NCBI GenBank assembly: GCA_046262455.1
Contig: JBHEMS010000044.1
Location: 1-60,458, forward strand
Direction: 5' to 3'
DNA: 60,458 nt
Source: Candidatus Dormibacteria bacterium
GTDB lineage: Bacteria > Chloroflexota > Dormibacteria > DASZGP01
A model generated the notes under the pieces. That model worked only from the letters and a program-made list of their open reading frames with translations. It did not search any database and was not told the DNA's origin. Positions 17,851 through 28,314 of this stretch are shown piece by piece. Within the stretch, counting starts at the first letter, position 1. Every line of letters starts with the position of its first letter. Both the position numbers and the translations under genes were made by a program.

Positions 17851-18705
17851 ATGACGACCGACATCGCCAGTTCCGCGGGGACCGTCGAACTGGGCGACCT
17901 CACCGTCAACCGGATGGGCTTCGGCGCCATGCGGATCACCGGGGAAGGCATCTGGGGGCCGCCTGCGGACCCGGCCAGTTGCATCCGCGTCCTGCGCCGC
18001 GCCGTGGAGCTTGGCGTCAACTTCATCGATACCGCCGACTCCTACGGCCCCGAGGTCAGTGAGAGCCTGATCGCCGAGGCGCTTCATCCCTACCAAGACG
18101 GCATGGTGATCGCGACGAAGGCCGGCCTGACCCGATCGGGGCCCGGCAAGTGGGATGCCGACGGTCGCCCCGAGCACGTCCGCGAGGCCGTCGAAGGCAG
18201 CCTGCGGCGGCTGCGGCTCGAGCGTATCGACCTCTACCAGTCCCACCGGCCTGACCCCAAAGTGCCGTATGAGGAGACGATCGGCGCCTTCAAGCAGCTC
18301 CAGGAGGAGGGCAAGGTTCGCCACGTCGGCGTGAGCAACGTCGGACGGACCGAGCTCGGCGTCGCCCGCTCACTGGTGAAGGTGGTCTCGGTCCAGAACC
18401 GCTATAACCTCGGCGATCGCGGCTCCGAGGGTGTCCTCGACGTGTGCGAAGAAGCGGGGATCGCCTTCATCCCGTGGTTCCCGCTGGCGACTGGCCAGCT
18501 CGCCGGCGCCGCCATCGAGCGGGTGGCGGAACGGCATGGCGTGTCATCCATGCAGGTCGGCCTGGCTTGGCTCCTGCAGCGCTCCCGGGTGATGCTGCCG
18601 ATTCCCGGCACCAAGTCGGTGGAGCACCTTGAGGAGAACGTGGCAGCGGCAGAACTCCGGCTCTCCGCCGGGGAGATGGAGGAGCTGGCCAGCCTGCAGG
18701 CATAG
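17851..18705 (+). CDS. Aldo/keto reductase
   Basis: GFGAM, IDTADSYG, ATK, IDLYQ.H, GVSN, IPGT. Confidence 0.93.
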   Translation: MTTDIASSAGTVELGDLTVNRMGFGAMRITGEGIWGPPADPASCIRVLRRAVELGVNFIDTADSYGPEVSESLIAEALHPYQDGMVIATKAGLTRSGPGKWDADGRPEHVREAVEGSLRRLRLERIDLYQSHRPDPKVPYEETIGAFKQLQEEGKVRHVGVSNVGRTELGVARSLVKVVSVQNRYNLGDRGSEGVLDVCEEAGIAFIPWFPLATGQLAGAAIERVAERHGVSSMQVGLAWLLQRSRVMLPIPGTKSVEHLEENVAAAELRLSAGEMEELASLQA

Positions 18706-18744
18706 TTCGACGCTCGACGCCGAGGCACAGGTCATCAACGATTT

Positions 18745-18774
18745 ACGGCGACGAGGCTTCGGCTTCGCCGCCGT
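18745..18774. terminator. Hairpin between convergent AKR and lon genes (probable bidirectional terminator)
   Basis: ACGGCGACGAGGC-TTCG-GCTTCGCCGCCGT with a C(UUCG)G tetraloop; T-rich stretch a few nt downstream. Confidence 0.65.
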
Positions 18775-18800
18775 CAGGAATTTTCTCTAGGAGCCGCTGC

Positions 18801-21146
18801 TCAGGCGGCCCGCTCCTTACCCTTTTTCCCGGCGGGCTCGAGCGCGTGCGCGAGCACCTCTGAGACGTCGCTGGCGAGGTGGAAGGTCATCTCGTTCCGG
18901 ATCGTCTCCGGCAGGTCATCCAGGTCCTTGCCGTTGCGCTGCGGCAGTATCACCTCGGTCAGCCCGCTGCGGTGCGCGGCGAGCACCTTCTGCTTGACAC
19001 CGCCGATCGGCAGGACCCTTCCCTGCAGGGTCACCTCGCCGGTCATCCCCACCGTGCTGCGGACGGGGCGCCCGGTCAGCAGGGAAACCAGCGCGGTGGT
19101 CATCGTCACGCCGGCGGACGGACCGTCCTTGGGCACCGCCCCGGCGGGGACGTGGATGTGGTAGTTCTGGGCGATCCTGTCGGCGTCGAGGCCGAGCTCG
19201 ACGACGTGTGATCGCACGTACGAGAGCGCGATCTGCGCCGACTCTTTCATGACATCGCCGAGCTGGCCCGTCAGCGTCAGGACCCCGGGGCCCTCGCCCC
19301 CGTCGCTGGCGGTGGCCTCCACGAAGAGCACGTCGCCGCCCGCGCCGGTCACGGCCAGGCCGGTGGCCACGCCCGGCACCGCGGTGCGATCGGCCACCTC
19401 GTTCTCGAATTTCGGCCGCCCCAGGTATCCCTCGATGTCCTCCGGCTTCACCGTGACCGGGGGCTTGATGTCACCGCGCGCGACCCTGGTGGCCACCTTG
19501 CGCAGGACCTTGCCGATCTCCCGCTCGAGGTTGCGTACGCCCGCCTCCCGGGTGTGGTCGACCACCACCTGGAGCAGGGCCTCGTCGCCGAAAACGATCT
19601 CGTCGCGCGTTAGCCCGTTGCGCTCGACCTGGCGGCGCAGCAGGTGGTCGCGGGCGATGCTCAATTTCTCCTGCTCGGTATAGCCGTCAAGCTTGACCAG
19701 CTCCATGCGGTCCAGCAGCGGGCCGGGGATGGTGTCCCAAACGTTGGCGGTGGGGATGAAGAGGACGTCCGAGAGGTCCAGGTCCACCTCCAGGTAATGG
19801 TCCCGGAAGGTGTTGTTCTGAGCGGGGTCGAGCACCTCCAGCAGCGCTGAGGACGGGTCACCGCGCCAGTCGGCGCCGACCTTGTCGATCTCATCCAGCA
19901 TGATCACCGGGTTGCGTGTCCCGGCCTCCTTGAGGGCTCGCACGATGCGGCCGGGCATGGCCCCGACATAGGTGCGCCGGTGACCGCGGATCTCCGCCTC
20001 GTCATGAATGCCACCCAGCGAGACACGCGCGAATTTGCGCCCCAAAGCCCGGGCGACGGATTCCCCCAACGACGTCTTGCCCACGCCGGGAGGGCCAACC
20101 AGGGTGATGATCGCGCCCGACCCGCGACCGCCAACCAGCTCCACACCGCGCTCCTGGCGCAGCTTGCGGACGGCCAGGAACTCGATGATGCGGTCCTTGA
20201 CGTCCTCCAGGCCGGTGTGGTCCTCGTCGAGCACGCGCCGCGCCTCCACGAGGTCGAAGTTGTCGTCGGACTTGACGTCCCAGGGGATGTCCAGCATCCA
20301 GTCGATGTACGTGCGAATCCAGCCATGCTCGGGGCTCTGCTCGCTGGTGCGCTCCAGGCGATCCAGCTCGCGCTCGACCTCCTTGCGCACGGCCTCCGGC
20401 ATGCCCGCCGAGGCGACCCGCTCGCGGTAGCCGCTGACCACGTCGTCGCCGCCCTCGCCGAGCTGCTTCTTGATCGCCTCCATCTGCTGGCGAAGGATGA
20501 AGTCGCGCTGCGACTTCTCCATCCCCTCGGAGACCTCCTTGCGGATGTTCTCCTTGATCTCGAGGTCCGCGAGCGTCTCCTTGACCCACACGATGAGCTT
20601 GGTCAGGCGTACCTCGACGTCGAGCTCCTCGAGGACCTCGATCTTCTGTTCCGTGCTGAGGTCCGGGGAGTAGCCCGACATGTCGGCCAGGTGGCCGGGG
20701 TCTTTGATGCCCCTGATGAACTGGACGACGCCGGGTGCCCCGCGCGTCTCCAGCACGTTCTCGATCAGCGCGCGGTATTCCCGCGCCAGCTCCTGGGCCC
20801 TGTCGGTGGGGTTCTCTGGGTCCTTGTGGGCCTCCACCTGGACCCACAGCGCCCCGTTGATTTCCGACCCGGCGCCCATGGTGGCCCGGTACAGGCCCCG
20901 CACGACGGACACCTCGGCGCCCGTCGGCAGCTGGCCCGAGTCCTCCAGCTTGGCCACGGTGCCGATATGAGCAAAGGTGCCCTCAAGGCGGGGGACGAGC
21001 AGCAGCATCCCGTTGCCGGCCTTGGCGGCCTCGATGGCGGCGCGCTGGGCGCCGTCCTCCAGCCCGATGGTCACGCCCATGTGAGGGAGCACTACGGCGT
21101 CGTCGAGCGGCAGCACCGGCAGCAACTCTGTCTTCAGTTCAGTCAT
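18801..21146 (-). CDS. lon: ATP-dependent Lon protease
   Basis: [33 protein letters not shown] catalytic Ser, GGVKQK catalytic Lys; ATG at 21146 after GGAGAG. Confidence 0.96.
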   Translation of the reverse strand: MTELKTELLPVLPLDDAVVLPHMGVTIGLEDGAQRAAIEAAKAGNGMLLLVPRLEGTFAHIGTVAKLEDSGQLPTGAEVSVVRGLYRATMGAGSEINGALWVQVEAHKDPENPTDRAQELAREYRALIENVLETRGAPGVVQFIRGIKDPGHLADMSGYSPDLSTEQKIEVLEELDVEVRLTKLIVWVKETLADLEIKENIRKEVSEGMEKSQRDFILRQQMEAIKKQLGEGGDDVVSGYRERVASAGMPEAVRKEVERELDRLERTSEQSPEHGWIRTYIDWMLDIPWDVKSDDNFDLVEARRVLDEDHTGLEDVKDRIIEFLAVRKLRQERGVELVGGRGSGAIITLVGPPGVGKTSLGESVARALGRKFARVSLGGIHDEAEIRGHRRTYVGAMPGRIVRALKEAGTRNPVIMLDEIDKVGADWRGDPSSALLEVLDPAQNNTFRDHYLEVDLDLSDVLFIPTANVWDTIPGPLLDRMELVKLDGYTEQEKLSIARDHLLRRQVERNGLTRDEIVFGDEALLQVVVDHTREAGVRNLEREIGKVLRKVATRVARGDIKPPVTVKPEDIEGYLGRPKFENEVADRTAVPGVATGLAVTGAGGDVLFVEATASDGGEGPGVLTLTGQLGDVMKESAQIALSYVRSHVVELGLDADRIAQNYHIHVPAGAVPKDGPSAGVTMTTALVSLLTGRPVRSTVGMTGEVTLQGRVLPIGGVKQKVLAAHRSGLTEVILPQRNGKDLDDLPETIRNEMTFHLASDVSEVLAHALEPAGKKGKERAA

Positions 21147-21287
21147 CACTCTCAATTCTCTCCCGGAAATAGCCGCTGTGGCGAGTGCCGCCTCGGGTTC
21201 CCACAAGTCGCCAATCTGGCGCGCTCAGTGGTTATTCCCCGCGGACCTCGGTCTCAACCAGCCCACCGAACGGGCACAATGGCCGCC

Positions 21288-22070
21288 ATGACCAACATCA
21301 CCATCACCGACGACGGCCCCGTCCGCGTGGTCACCATCGACCGGCCCCTGCGCCGAAACGCGGTGGACGCCGCCACCGCGACAGAGCTGGCTGAGGCCTT
21401 CCGCGGCTTCGACCGCGACGACTCCACGAGCGTGGCCGTGCTCACCGGTGCCGGCGCGCACTTCTGTGCCGGCGCCGACCTCAAGGCCCTCGCAGCTGGC
21501 GACGCCAGGGACATGAGCCTGGAGGCCGACGGGCCGATGGGCCCCACACGCATGGTGCTGAGCAAGCCGGTGATTGCCGCGGTGGAGGGGTATGCGGTTG
21601 CCGGCGGGCTGGAGCTGGCGCTGTGGTGCGACCTCCGGGTGGCGGCGCGGGATGCGGTGTTCGGCGTGTTCTGCCGGCGCTTTGGGGTTCCGCTGATCGA
21701 CGGTGGCACCGTGCGGCTGCCGCGCCTGGTCGGGCACAGCCGGGCGATGGACATGATCCTCACCGGCAGGGGAGTGTCGGGCGACGAGGCCCTGCGCTAC
21801 GGGCTGGTCAACCGCCTGTCGGAGCCCGGGGTGGCACTGCACGATGCCATCGCCCTGGCACGGGAGCTGGCCGCCCTGCCGCAGGCCTGTCTGCGCAACG
21901 ACCGGCGGTCGGCCCTCGAGCAATGGGGCCGTGACGAGGCGGCTGCGATGGCCAACGAGTTCGCCCTGGGCCTGGCCACCATCGCCTCGGGGGAGACCGC
22001 GGCGGGTGCCATCGGCTTCAGCAGCGGCGAGGGCAGGCACGGGGCCCGCCGCGAGGTCGACGAGGGCTGA
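21288..22070 (+). CDS. Enoyl-CoA hydratase/crotonase family
   Basis: FCAGADL, KPVIAAVEGYAVAGGLELAL; CACAAT 7 nt before ATG. Confidence 0.92.
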   Translation: MTNITITDDGPVRVVTIDRPLRRNAVDAATATELAEAFRGFDRDDSTSVAVLTGAGAHFCAGADLKALAAGDARDMSLEADGPMGPTRMVLSKPVIAAVEGYAVAGGLELALWCDLRVAARDAVFGVFCRRFGVPLIDGGTVRLPRLVGHSRAMDMILTGRGVSGDEALRYGLVNRLSEPGVALHDAIALARELAALPQACLRNDRRSALEQWGRDEAAAMANEFALGLATIASGETAAGAIGFSSGEGRHGARREVDEG

Positions 22071-22099
22071 GAGCGGACACTGGCCCGGTAGCATTGGGC

Positions 22100-22486
22100 G
22101 TGGTCTCGGACACCGACGCGCTTCGCCCCCGGCTGGCCGCGCTGGCCGCCGTGGCGGCGCTCGGTGCGGTGGACGTGGGGGCGTTCATCGCCACCCAGCC
22201 CGGGACGGCTCTTAAGACCGGCGGCCGGGCCACCGGTTCGCTCGCGGGCCTGGCGGTATGGCTCCTCCTGCTGGGAGTATCCGGGAAGCGCCTGGCTGCA
22301 GTCGAGCGGGGCTCCCTCAGCCGTGCCACGGTCACTTTGGGTGCCCTGGCGGCCGCCGGTGGTGTCGGGCTCGCCGCCATCCACCAACTGGCCGGTGTCG
22401 GGGGGATTCGCACCATTGGCGGCGGCGTGCTGGGCCTTGCCGCGCTCGGACTGGCCATCGCCAGCCGGAGGCCGTCACCGGGCTGA
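22100..22486 (+). CDS. Small hypothetical membrane protein (about 4 TM)
   Basis: Four Ala/Leu/Gly-rich helices; TAGCAT 5 nt before GTG. Confidence 0.6.
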   Translation: MVSDTDALRPRLAALAAVAALGAVDVGAFIATQPGTALKTGGRATGSLAGLAVWLLLLGVSGKRLAAVERGSLSRATVTLGALAAAGGVGLAAIHQLAGVGGIRTIGGGVLGLAALGLAIASRRPSPG

Positions 22487-23785
22487 CATTGCCCGTTTCT
22501 CGCCTCGCCGCCGCTCCTTTTGCAGGTGGTACAGGTAGTCCTCGAAGTCGACCTGCATGGTGTGCCGCTTGGATGCCACGTAGCGCTTGAACATCCGTGC
22601 CCGGTCGCGCTCGACGTCGGCCAGGAGCTCCTCCCGCGGCGGCAGCTCGTAGCGGCCGGTGAGGTAGTCCCCCACCCACACCGATTGGGCTTCGGCCAGC
22701 GGCATGATCGCTCCCAGGGGTTGGAGGAGGCCGATGAAGAAAACGTCGTTGACGTCGGGTTTGAACACCCGGCGGAACAACGGCAGGTCGTTGTCGGGCG
22801 CTGAGATGAAGCCGGGGTCGAAAAAGGGAAAGGTGACCCGGTAACCGGTGCAGTACACGATCACATCCACCGCCTCCTCGGTTCCGTCGGCAAAGAGCAC
22901 CCGGTCGCCCCGCAACTCCTGCAGGTTGGGTTTTGGGGTCACGTCGCCCGAGCCGACCCGGATGAGGATGTCGCTGGAGATCGTGGGGTGCGCCTCGCCG
23001 GGCCGGTGGTCGGGCGCGGGCAGGCCGTAGTTCTCCATGCGCCCCACGCTCAGGCGCAGGATGCGCTCGTAGATTCGCTGGCGCACCGCGAAGGGCACGC
23101 GAGGGTCGTTGCCCAGCTGGTCGAGCGGTTTGCCGAAGATGTATTTGGGGATGATCCAGGCACCGCGCCGGGCGGAGAGGAAGACCCTGTCCGCCACGTG
23201 GCTGGTCTCGACGGCGATGTCCATCGCCGAGTTGCCCATCCCCACCACGACGACCTTCTTGCCTCGAAACGGGTTGTTGTCGATGTAGTGGTGAGAGTGC
23301 ATCTGCTGGCCGTCAAACTCCCCGGGAAACGGAGGTTCCGGCCAGCGCGGGTCCCAGTGATGACCGTTGGCTACCAGGAGCGCGTCGTACTCGCGCGCGT
23401 CACCCCCTTGCAGCGTTATCCGCCAGCCTCCCTCGGGCCTCCGCTCGGCCCCTGCGACCGCGGTGTTGAAGGTGATGCGGTCCCGGAAGCCGAAGTGGTC
23501 CACGTAGGCGTCGAAGTACTCCGCGATGTGGGTATGGTGGGGAAAGTCCGGGTAGTGCTTGGGCATCGGAAAGTCGCTGTATTCCATGCGCTCGCGGGAG
23601 GTGTTGATGTGCAGCGATCGGTACGCCGAAGACATGCCGTTGACATTGCCGAACACCCAGTTGCCGCCGACCCGGTCACCCTTCTCGAAACAGTCGAAGG
23701 GGATGCCTCGCTGGTGCATGGCCTTGGCCGCGGCGATGCCGGAGGAGCCTGCGCCGATGATGCACACCGTTGGGAGAGCGCTCAC
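22475..23785 (-). CDS. Flavin-containing monooxygenase (FMO-like)
   Basis: IIGAGSSG, FDGQQMHSHHY (FxGxxxHxxxY), VGMGNSA, CTGY. Confidence 0.92.
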   Translation of the reverse strand: MSALPTVCIIGAGSSGIAAAKAMHQRGIPFDCFEKGDRVGGNWVFGNVNGMSSAYRSLHINTSRERMEYSDFPMPKHYPDFPHHTHIAEYFDAYVDHFGFRDRITFNTAVAGAERRPEGGWRITLQGGDAREYDALLVANGHHWDPRWPEPPFPGEFDGQQMHSHHYIDNNPFRGKKVVVVGMGNSAMDIAVETSHVADRVFLSARRGAWIIPKYIFGKPLDQLGNDPRVPFAVRQRIYERILRLSVGRMENYGLPAPDHRPGEAHPTISSDILIRVGSGDVTPKPNLQELRGDRVLFADGTEEAVDVIVYCTGYRVTFPFFDPGFISAPDNDLPLFRRVFKPDVNDVFFIGLLQPLGAIMPLAEAQSVWVGDYLTGRYELPPREELLADVERDRARMFKRYVASKRHTMQVDFEDYLYHLQKERRRGEKRAMSAR

Positions 23786-23904
23786 CTGGGGGCGAATCTT
23801 GCCACAGCGAGGCTTGCCCGCGGCTGCCGGTAAAATCACCTCCGGGAAAGGACGGAGGCCCCGGGCGCTCCCGTGCCCCGTGTGCCGCCGCGGAGGGACT
23901 GCAC

Positions 23905-25347
23905 TTGGCGACGCACGGCCTGCTCTACCTGGCGACAGACAACACAGCGACCCAGGCGGCCGGCGTTGCCGCGGACACCGTGTGGGTGGTTGTCGCGGCG
24001 CTCCTCGTCCTCCTCATGCAGGCAGGCTTCGCCATGCTCGAGGTCGGATTCACCCGGATGAAAAACGTGGGGACGGTGGTCGCCAAGATCATCGTCAACC
24101 TCAGCATCTCCTCGATCATGTACTGGTTGGTGGGCTTTGCCATCGCCTTCGGTGTCGCTACCGGCCCCCTCGGCGGGATCGTCGGCCACTCCGGTTTCGC
24201 GCCGTTGTTCCACCCGGGCAGCCAGATGGACCTGCCAGCCCTCAACGCCGCGTCCCAGATCCCGGCCGCCGCCAAGTTCTTCTTCGAGTTCGTCTTCTGC
24301 GCCATCTCACTGGCCATCGTGTGGGGAACGATGCTGGAACGCACAAAGTTCATCGTGTACATCCTCTTTGCCGTCCCGTTCACGGCGTTCATCTACCCGA
24401 TGATCAGCCACTGGCTATTCGGGGGTGGGTGGCTGCAGGCCAACTTCGGTGCCCAGGACTTCGCGGGTTCCACCGTGGTCCACCTTACCGGCGCGACCGC
24501 GGGCCTGGCCGGCCTGCTCCTGCTCGGTCCACGTATCGGCAAGTACGCGAAGGACGGGAGACCCAACGCCATCCCCGGGCACAACATGCCCCTGGCGCAG
24601 CTTGGCGTTCTGATCCTGTGGTTCGGTTGGTTTGGATTCAACCCGGGCTCAACCCTGAACGCGACAAACCTGCATTTCGCCGACGTCGTGATAACCACCA
24701 ACCTTGCCGCCGCCGCGGGGGCGCTGGCCGCCATGGTCTGCATCTACCAGGTCCAGCGTTCGCTGGACGTGGGCATGATCGGCAACGGCGCCATCGCGGC
24801 GCTGGTGGCGATCACGGCCCCGTCCGGCTACGTTCAGCCATGGGCGGCGATCATCATCGGCGCGGTCGCCGGGGTGATCGTGGTGTACGGCGTCATCTGG
24901 ATCGACAAGCGGCTGGACGACCCCGTCGGTGCGCTGTCGGCCCACGGCCTTGCCGGGGTCTGGGGGACGCTCTCCTGTGGACTGTTCACCGACCCCGAGC
25001 TGGCGAAATTCAATGCCACGGGGCACGGCGGGCTGTTCTACACCGGCTCCTTCCAGCAGCTGGGCGCACAGGCGCTGACCGTCATTGTCTGCTTCGCGAC
25101 GGTGTTCGCACTTTCGTACGCACTCTTCTTCCTGATCAAGCGGACTGTCGGCCTGCGCGTGACGGAGCGGCACGAGGTGGATGGCCTGGATATCAGCGAG
25201 CACGGGATGTGGGGCTACCCTGAACAGTTCATGCCGGTTCCTGGAGGTGCCTACATTCACCCCGACGTCCTCGCGGCGCGGGAGCAGAGGTTGGCGCCGG
25301 CGACGGTGCCGGTCGCGGCGGCGCGACAGGAGGAGGAGAAGCAATGA
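23905..25347 (+). CDS. amtB: Ammonium transporter Amt
   Basis: MQAGFAMLE.G, DFAGSTVVH, WFGWFGFNPGS, DDPVGALSAHG (twin His), GLDISEHG; GGAGG RBS then TTG. Confidence 0.95.
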   Translation: MATHGLLYLATDNTATQAAGVAADTVWVVVAALLVLLMQAGFAMLEVGFTRMKNVGTVVAKIIVNLSISSIMYWLVGFAIAFGVATGPLGGIVGHSGFAPLFHPGSQMDLPALNAASQIPAAAKFFFEFVFCAISLAIVWGTMLERTKFIVYILFAVPFTAFIYPMISHWLFGGGWLQANFGAQDFAGSTVVHLTGATAGLAGLLLLGPRIGKYAKDGRPNAIPGHNMPLAQLGVLILWFGWFGFNPGSTLNATNLHFADVVITTNLAAAAGALAAMVCIYQVQRSLDVGMIGNGAIAALVAITAPSGYVQPWAAIIIGAVAGVIVVYGVIWIDKRLDDPVGALSAHGLAGVWGTLSCGLFTDPELAKFNATGHGGLFYTGSFQQLGAQALTVIVCFATVFALSYALFFLIKRTVGLRVTERHEVDGLDISEHGMWGYPEQFMPVPGGAYIHPDVLAAREQRLAPATVPVAAARQEEEKQ

Positions 25348-25712
25348 AGAAGGTGGAGGCCGTCATCCGGCCCGACCGCTTGCAGCAGGTCCAGGATGCC
25401 CTAGATGACATCGGCGTTTCGGGGCTGACAGTGACGGAGGTCCTGGGCTGCGGCGCTCAGCGCGGTTACACGGAGACCTACCGGGGCACCCCGGTGAGGA
25501 TCTCACTGCAACGCAAGGTCAAGGTGGAGGCGGTCATGACCGACGACCGCGTCCAGGGGGCCATCGAGGCGCTGATCAGTGCCGCGCGCACCGGTGAGGT
25601 CGGGGACGGCAAGATCTTCATTCTTCCCGTGGACGACGCCGTGCGAATCCGCTCCGGTGAACGGGGGGACCAGATCGTGGGGCACCGCGACCCCCAGCAC
25701 TGGGGGCACTAG
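25344..25712 (+). CDS. glnK: P-II nitrogen regulatory protein
   Basis: MKKVEAVIRP, T-loop TETYRG, TGEVGDGKIF, RIRSGERG; coupled to amt. Confidence 0.93.
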   Translation: MKKVEAVIRPDRLQQVQDALDDIGVSGLTVTEVLGCGAQRGYTETYRGTPVRISLQRKVKVEAVMTDDRVQGAIEALISAARTGEVGDGKIFILPVDDAVRIRSGERGDQIVGHRDPQHWGH

Positions 25713-25797
25713 GCGCGACTACCAGGGGCGGGACGCTGTTCTACAGCGTCGGTATAGTGTGTGCTCGCAGGGGGAGACCCCTCATGGAGGGACCGGG

Positions 25798-26244
25798 ATG
25801 TTCAGCAAGATCGTGGTTGGCACTGACGGGTCTTCAACCGCGGCCCGCGCGGTTTCCAAAGCCGCCGAGCTGGCGGAATTGGCGGGTGCCGAGCTGCACA
25901 TCGTGACCGCGATCAAAACCGGGGCGTCGGCGACGTTCCTGGAGGCAGCGATGCCGGTCCCCGTCGGGGTGCCGGACCAGGCCTGGGAGGCCGAGAGCGA
26001 GGCGGCCATCGCGCGAATACTCGAAGACACGCGCCACTCGCTGGGCGACCGCGTAACAGTGCAAACCCATGGCCGCTCGGGGGACCCGGGGGAGGCCATC
26101 CTCGAGGTGGCCAGGGAGGTGGGCGCTGACCTGATCGTCGTCGGCAACCGGGGCATGCAGGGTTACCGGCGGATTCTTGGCAGCGTTCCCAACCAGGTTT
26201 CCCATGCCGCTTTCTGCAGTCTGCTGATCGTCCAGACCGGCTAG
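25798..26244 (+). CDS. Universal stress protein
   Basis: IVVGTDGS, GDP...I, DLIVVGNRG...LGSV; GGAGG RBS; TATAGT upstream. Confidence 0.92.
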   Translation: MFSKIVVGTDGSSTAARAVSKAAELAELAGAELHIVTAIKTGASATFLEAAMPVPVGVPDQAWEAESEAAIARILEDTRHSLGDRVTVQTHGRSGDPGEAILEVAREVGADLIVVGNRGMQGYRRILGSVPNQVSHAAFCSLLIVQTG

Positions 26245-26292
26245 CCGGCGGCGCCAGCCTTCCGGTAGCGGCGCAGCCACCTGTGCGCCCCG

Positions 26293-27255
26293 TCAGCCGG
26301 CGCCGCCCTCCCTCAGGAGGTCCGAAAGCCGCACCAGCTGGTAGCCGCGGGCTCGTAGCTGCTTCACGATCTCGGGGAGGGCCCGATCGGTCATCGGCGC
26401 GGTGTTCCCGCCGGTGATGTGCATGACGATGATCGAACCCGGTCGGGCGCCCGCCACGGTGTGCGAGACGATCTCCGCCGGCCGGGTCTCGAAGGCGTCA
26501 CCCGACGGGAGGTCGTACTGGATCACCTGCACCCCGGCAGGGCGGATCGCCGCCAGCGCCGCGGCGTCGTAGCACCCGCCGGGGAACCGGAAGAAGTTGG
26601 TGGGGTGGTCGGTCACCCCGGACAGCACTGTGCGGTTGCGCAGCAGGTCGTCGGAGGCGCGCGTCAGGTCGATGGTGCCCAACTGGTAGCAGTCGGGACG
26701 GAAGGCCAGGTGGTTGTAAGAGTGGCTGCCCACCTCGAAGAGGGGGTCTGCGCCGATGGCTCGCGCCACGTCGGGGTAGCGTTCCACCCACAGTCCTGAC
26801 AGGAAGAAGGTCGCCGGCACGCGCAGCTCTCGTAGCTCGGCGATCACACGGTCGTTGACATACCGTCTCACCTTGCCGCGGTCCAGGGCCTGAAGCATCG
26901 CCGGGGTCATGTTGGAGTCGAAGGTGAGCGCGACCATCCTGGAGGCGCGGTTGCCGTGGCTCACCACCTCCGGCAGCGGGGAGCCGGGCGCGGCGGGCAT
27001 CGAGTTCCCCGCGTCCACCGGCACTTCGAGCGCGGGTGCCTCTGCCGTGATGGGGGCGGCGGCGGCCGCGGGAAGGGTGCGCGACTGGGTGACCCACGCG
27101 CCGGCCAACCGGGCCGCCAGCCCCTGGCGGTCTACGTGCGCGACTCTGAGGCCCATGTCGATCGTGATCGACAGGCAGAGGGACACCACGACGAGAAAAC
27201 TTCCCACGTTCAAGGCGTCCACGCGCCTTTGATTGGTTCCCGAGCCCCTCTGCAT
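26293..27255 (-). CDS. Polysaccharide deacetylase (NodB/CE4) with N-terminal membrane anchor; start uncertain
   Basis: VALTFD, ATFF, GSHSYNH, FRFPGG, GSIIVMH. Confidence 0.85.
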   Translation of the reverse strand: MQRGSGTNQRRVDALNVGSFLVVVSLCLSITIDMGLRVAHVDRQGLAARLAGAWVTQSRTLPAAAAAPITAEAPALEVPVDAGNSMPAAPGSPLPEVVSHGNRASRMVALTFDSNMTPAMLQALDRGKVRRYVNDRVIAELRELRVPATFFLSGLWVERYPDVARAIGADPLFEVGSHSYNHLAFRPDCYQLGTIDLTRASDDLLRNRTVLSGVTDHPTNFFRFPGGCYDAAALAAIRPAGVQVIQYDLPSGDAFETRPAEIVSHTVAGARPGSIIVMHITGGNTAPMTDRALPEIVKQLRARGYQLVRLSDLLREGGAG

Positions 27256-27339
27256 ACGACGGAAGAGTCTCGCAGACCACTCCCTCGCCGCCAACCCCTA
27301 TTGCCATCGCGCCCAAGGCGACGTATTAACAAGCGAAAG

Positions 27340-28314
27340 ATGGGCGCGCGCTTCCTCTCTCCCCAGGAGTTCATGCAGCTGCTCGCCGTTCCGGTCCCGT
27401 TCGCCGACCGGCTGACACCGCTGCCAATCGCCGACACCGCCGCCGACCCCGGCCTGTTCGGCCCCGGCTCGGTGACCTGGCGGGTACTGCGTGAGCCGAT
27501 GCTGATACTCGCCGGCGCTCGGGCTCTGCTTCTGCAGGCGGCGCACCCCCACGTCGCGCAGGGGGCTATCGATCACAGCGCGTACGCCGATGATCCATTC
27601 GGACGCCTGATGCGCACCTACACGTGGGCCGGCACGGTGGCATTTGGCACCACCGCGGAGGCCCGGGCCGCCTCCGCCGGGGTCAACCGCCTTCACCGTG
27701 GCGTCACCGGGTCCCTGCCCCGGGGTCACGCGACCCGCCGTGTGAGGTCGGGAAGTGGCTACTCGGCTATGGACCCCGACCTGCTTCTCTGGGTCCACGC
27801 CACCTTTGTCGACACGCTGCTGGTCTCCCACGACCGCATGGTCGGTGGCCTGACCGAGGCAGACCGCGATCAATTTGTGCGCGAATGGGAGGTCGTCGCA
27901 CGGCTGATGGGCGTGCCGCAACGCCTGCTCTGGCCGGACCACGCAACGCTGCGGCGTTATGTGGAGCGGCAGCTCGGCCGCGGCGCCGCTCACCCCGGTG
28001 AGGGCTCGCGGCTGGTCGCCGAGACCGTGCTGCACCCACCGCTGCCAAGCCCCGTCCTGCGACCGCTGATGGATGCCCTGGCGTTCATGAGCGTCGGCTT
28101 CCTGCCGCCTGGACTTCGCAAGGCTTACGGCATCCCCTGGACGATCGCCCACGCCGCGGCGCATCGCAGCATCACGATCACGCTGCGCACCACCAGGGCT
28201 GGCTTGCCGCGACGCCTGCGAGTCGCACCGATCTATGACTTTGCGCTGGCCCGCAGTCGCGGTGAGTTGCGGCCCGCGGCGCGACGCCGGCTGCCCAGGC
28301 CCAGGGCGGCCTAG
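27340..28314 (+). CDS. Oxygenase MpaB/DUF2236 family protein
   Basis: GLFGPGSVTWRV, ALLLQAAHP.VA.G..DHS, RL..T, VNRLH, LLWVHAT. Confidence 0.88.
   Translation: MGARFLSPQEFMQLLAVPVPFADRLTPLPIADTAADPGLFGPGSVTWRVLREPMLILAGARALLLQAAHPHVAQGAIDHSAYADDPFGRLMRTYTWAGTVAFGTTAEARAASAGVNRLHRGVTGSLPRGHATRRVRSGSGYSAMDPDLLLWVHATFVDTLLVSHDRMVGGLTEADRDQFVREWEVVARLMGVPQRLLWPDHATLRRYVERQLGRGAAHPGEGSRLVAETVLHPPLPSPVLRPLMDALAFMSVGFLPPGLRKAYGIPWTIAHAAAHRSITITLRTTRAGLPRRLRVAPIYDFALARSRGELRPAARRRLPRPRAA

Noticed and set aside
21135-21200. CIRCE or HAIR heat-shock operator at lon
   Set aside because: Only half-sites (GGCACTC, TTGAG); spacing and second arms do not match.
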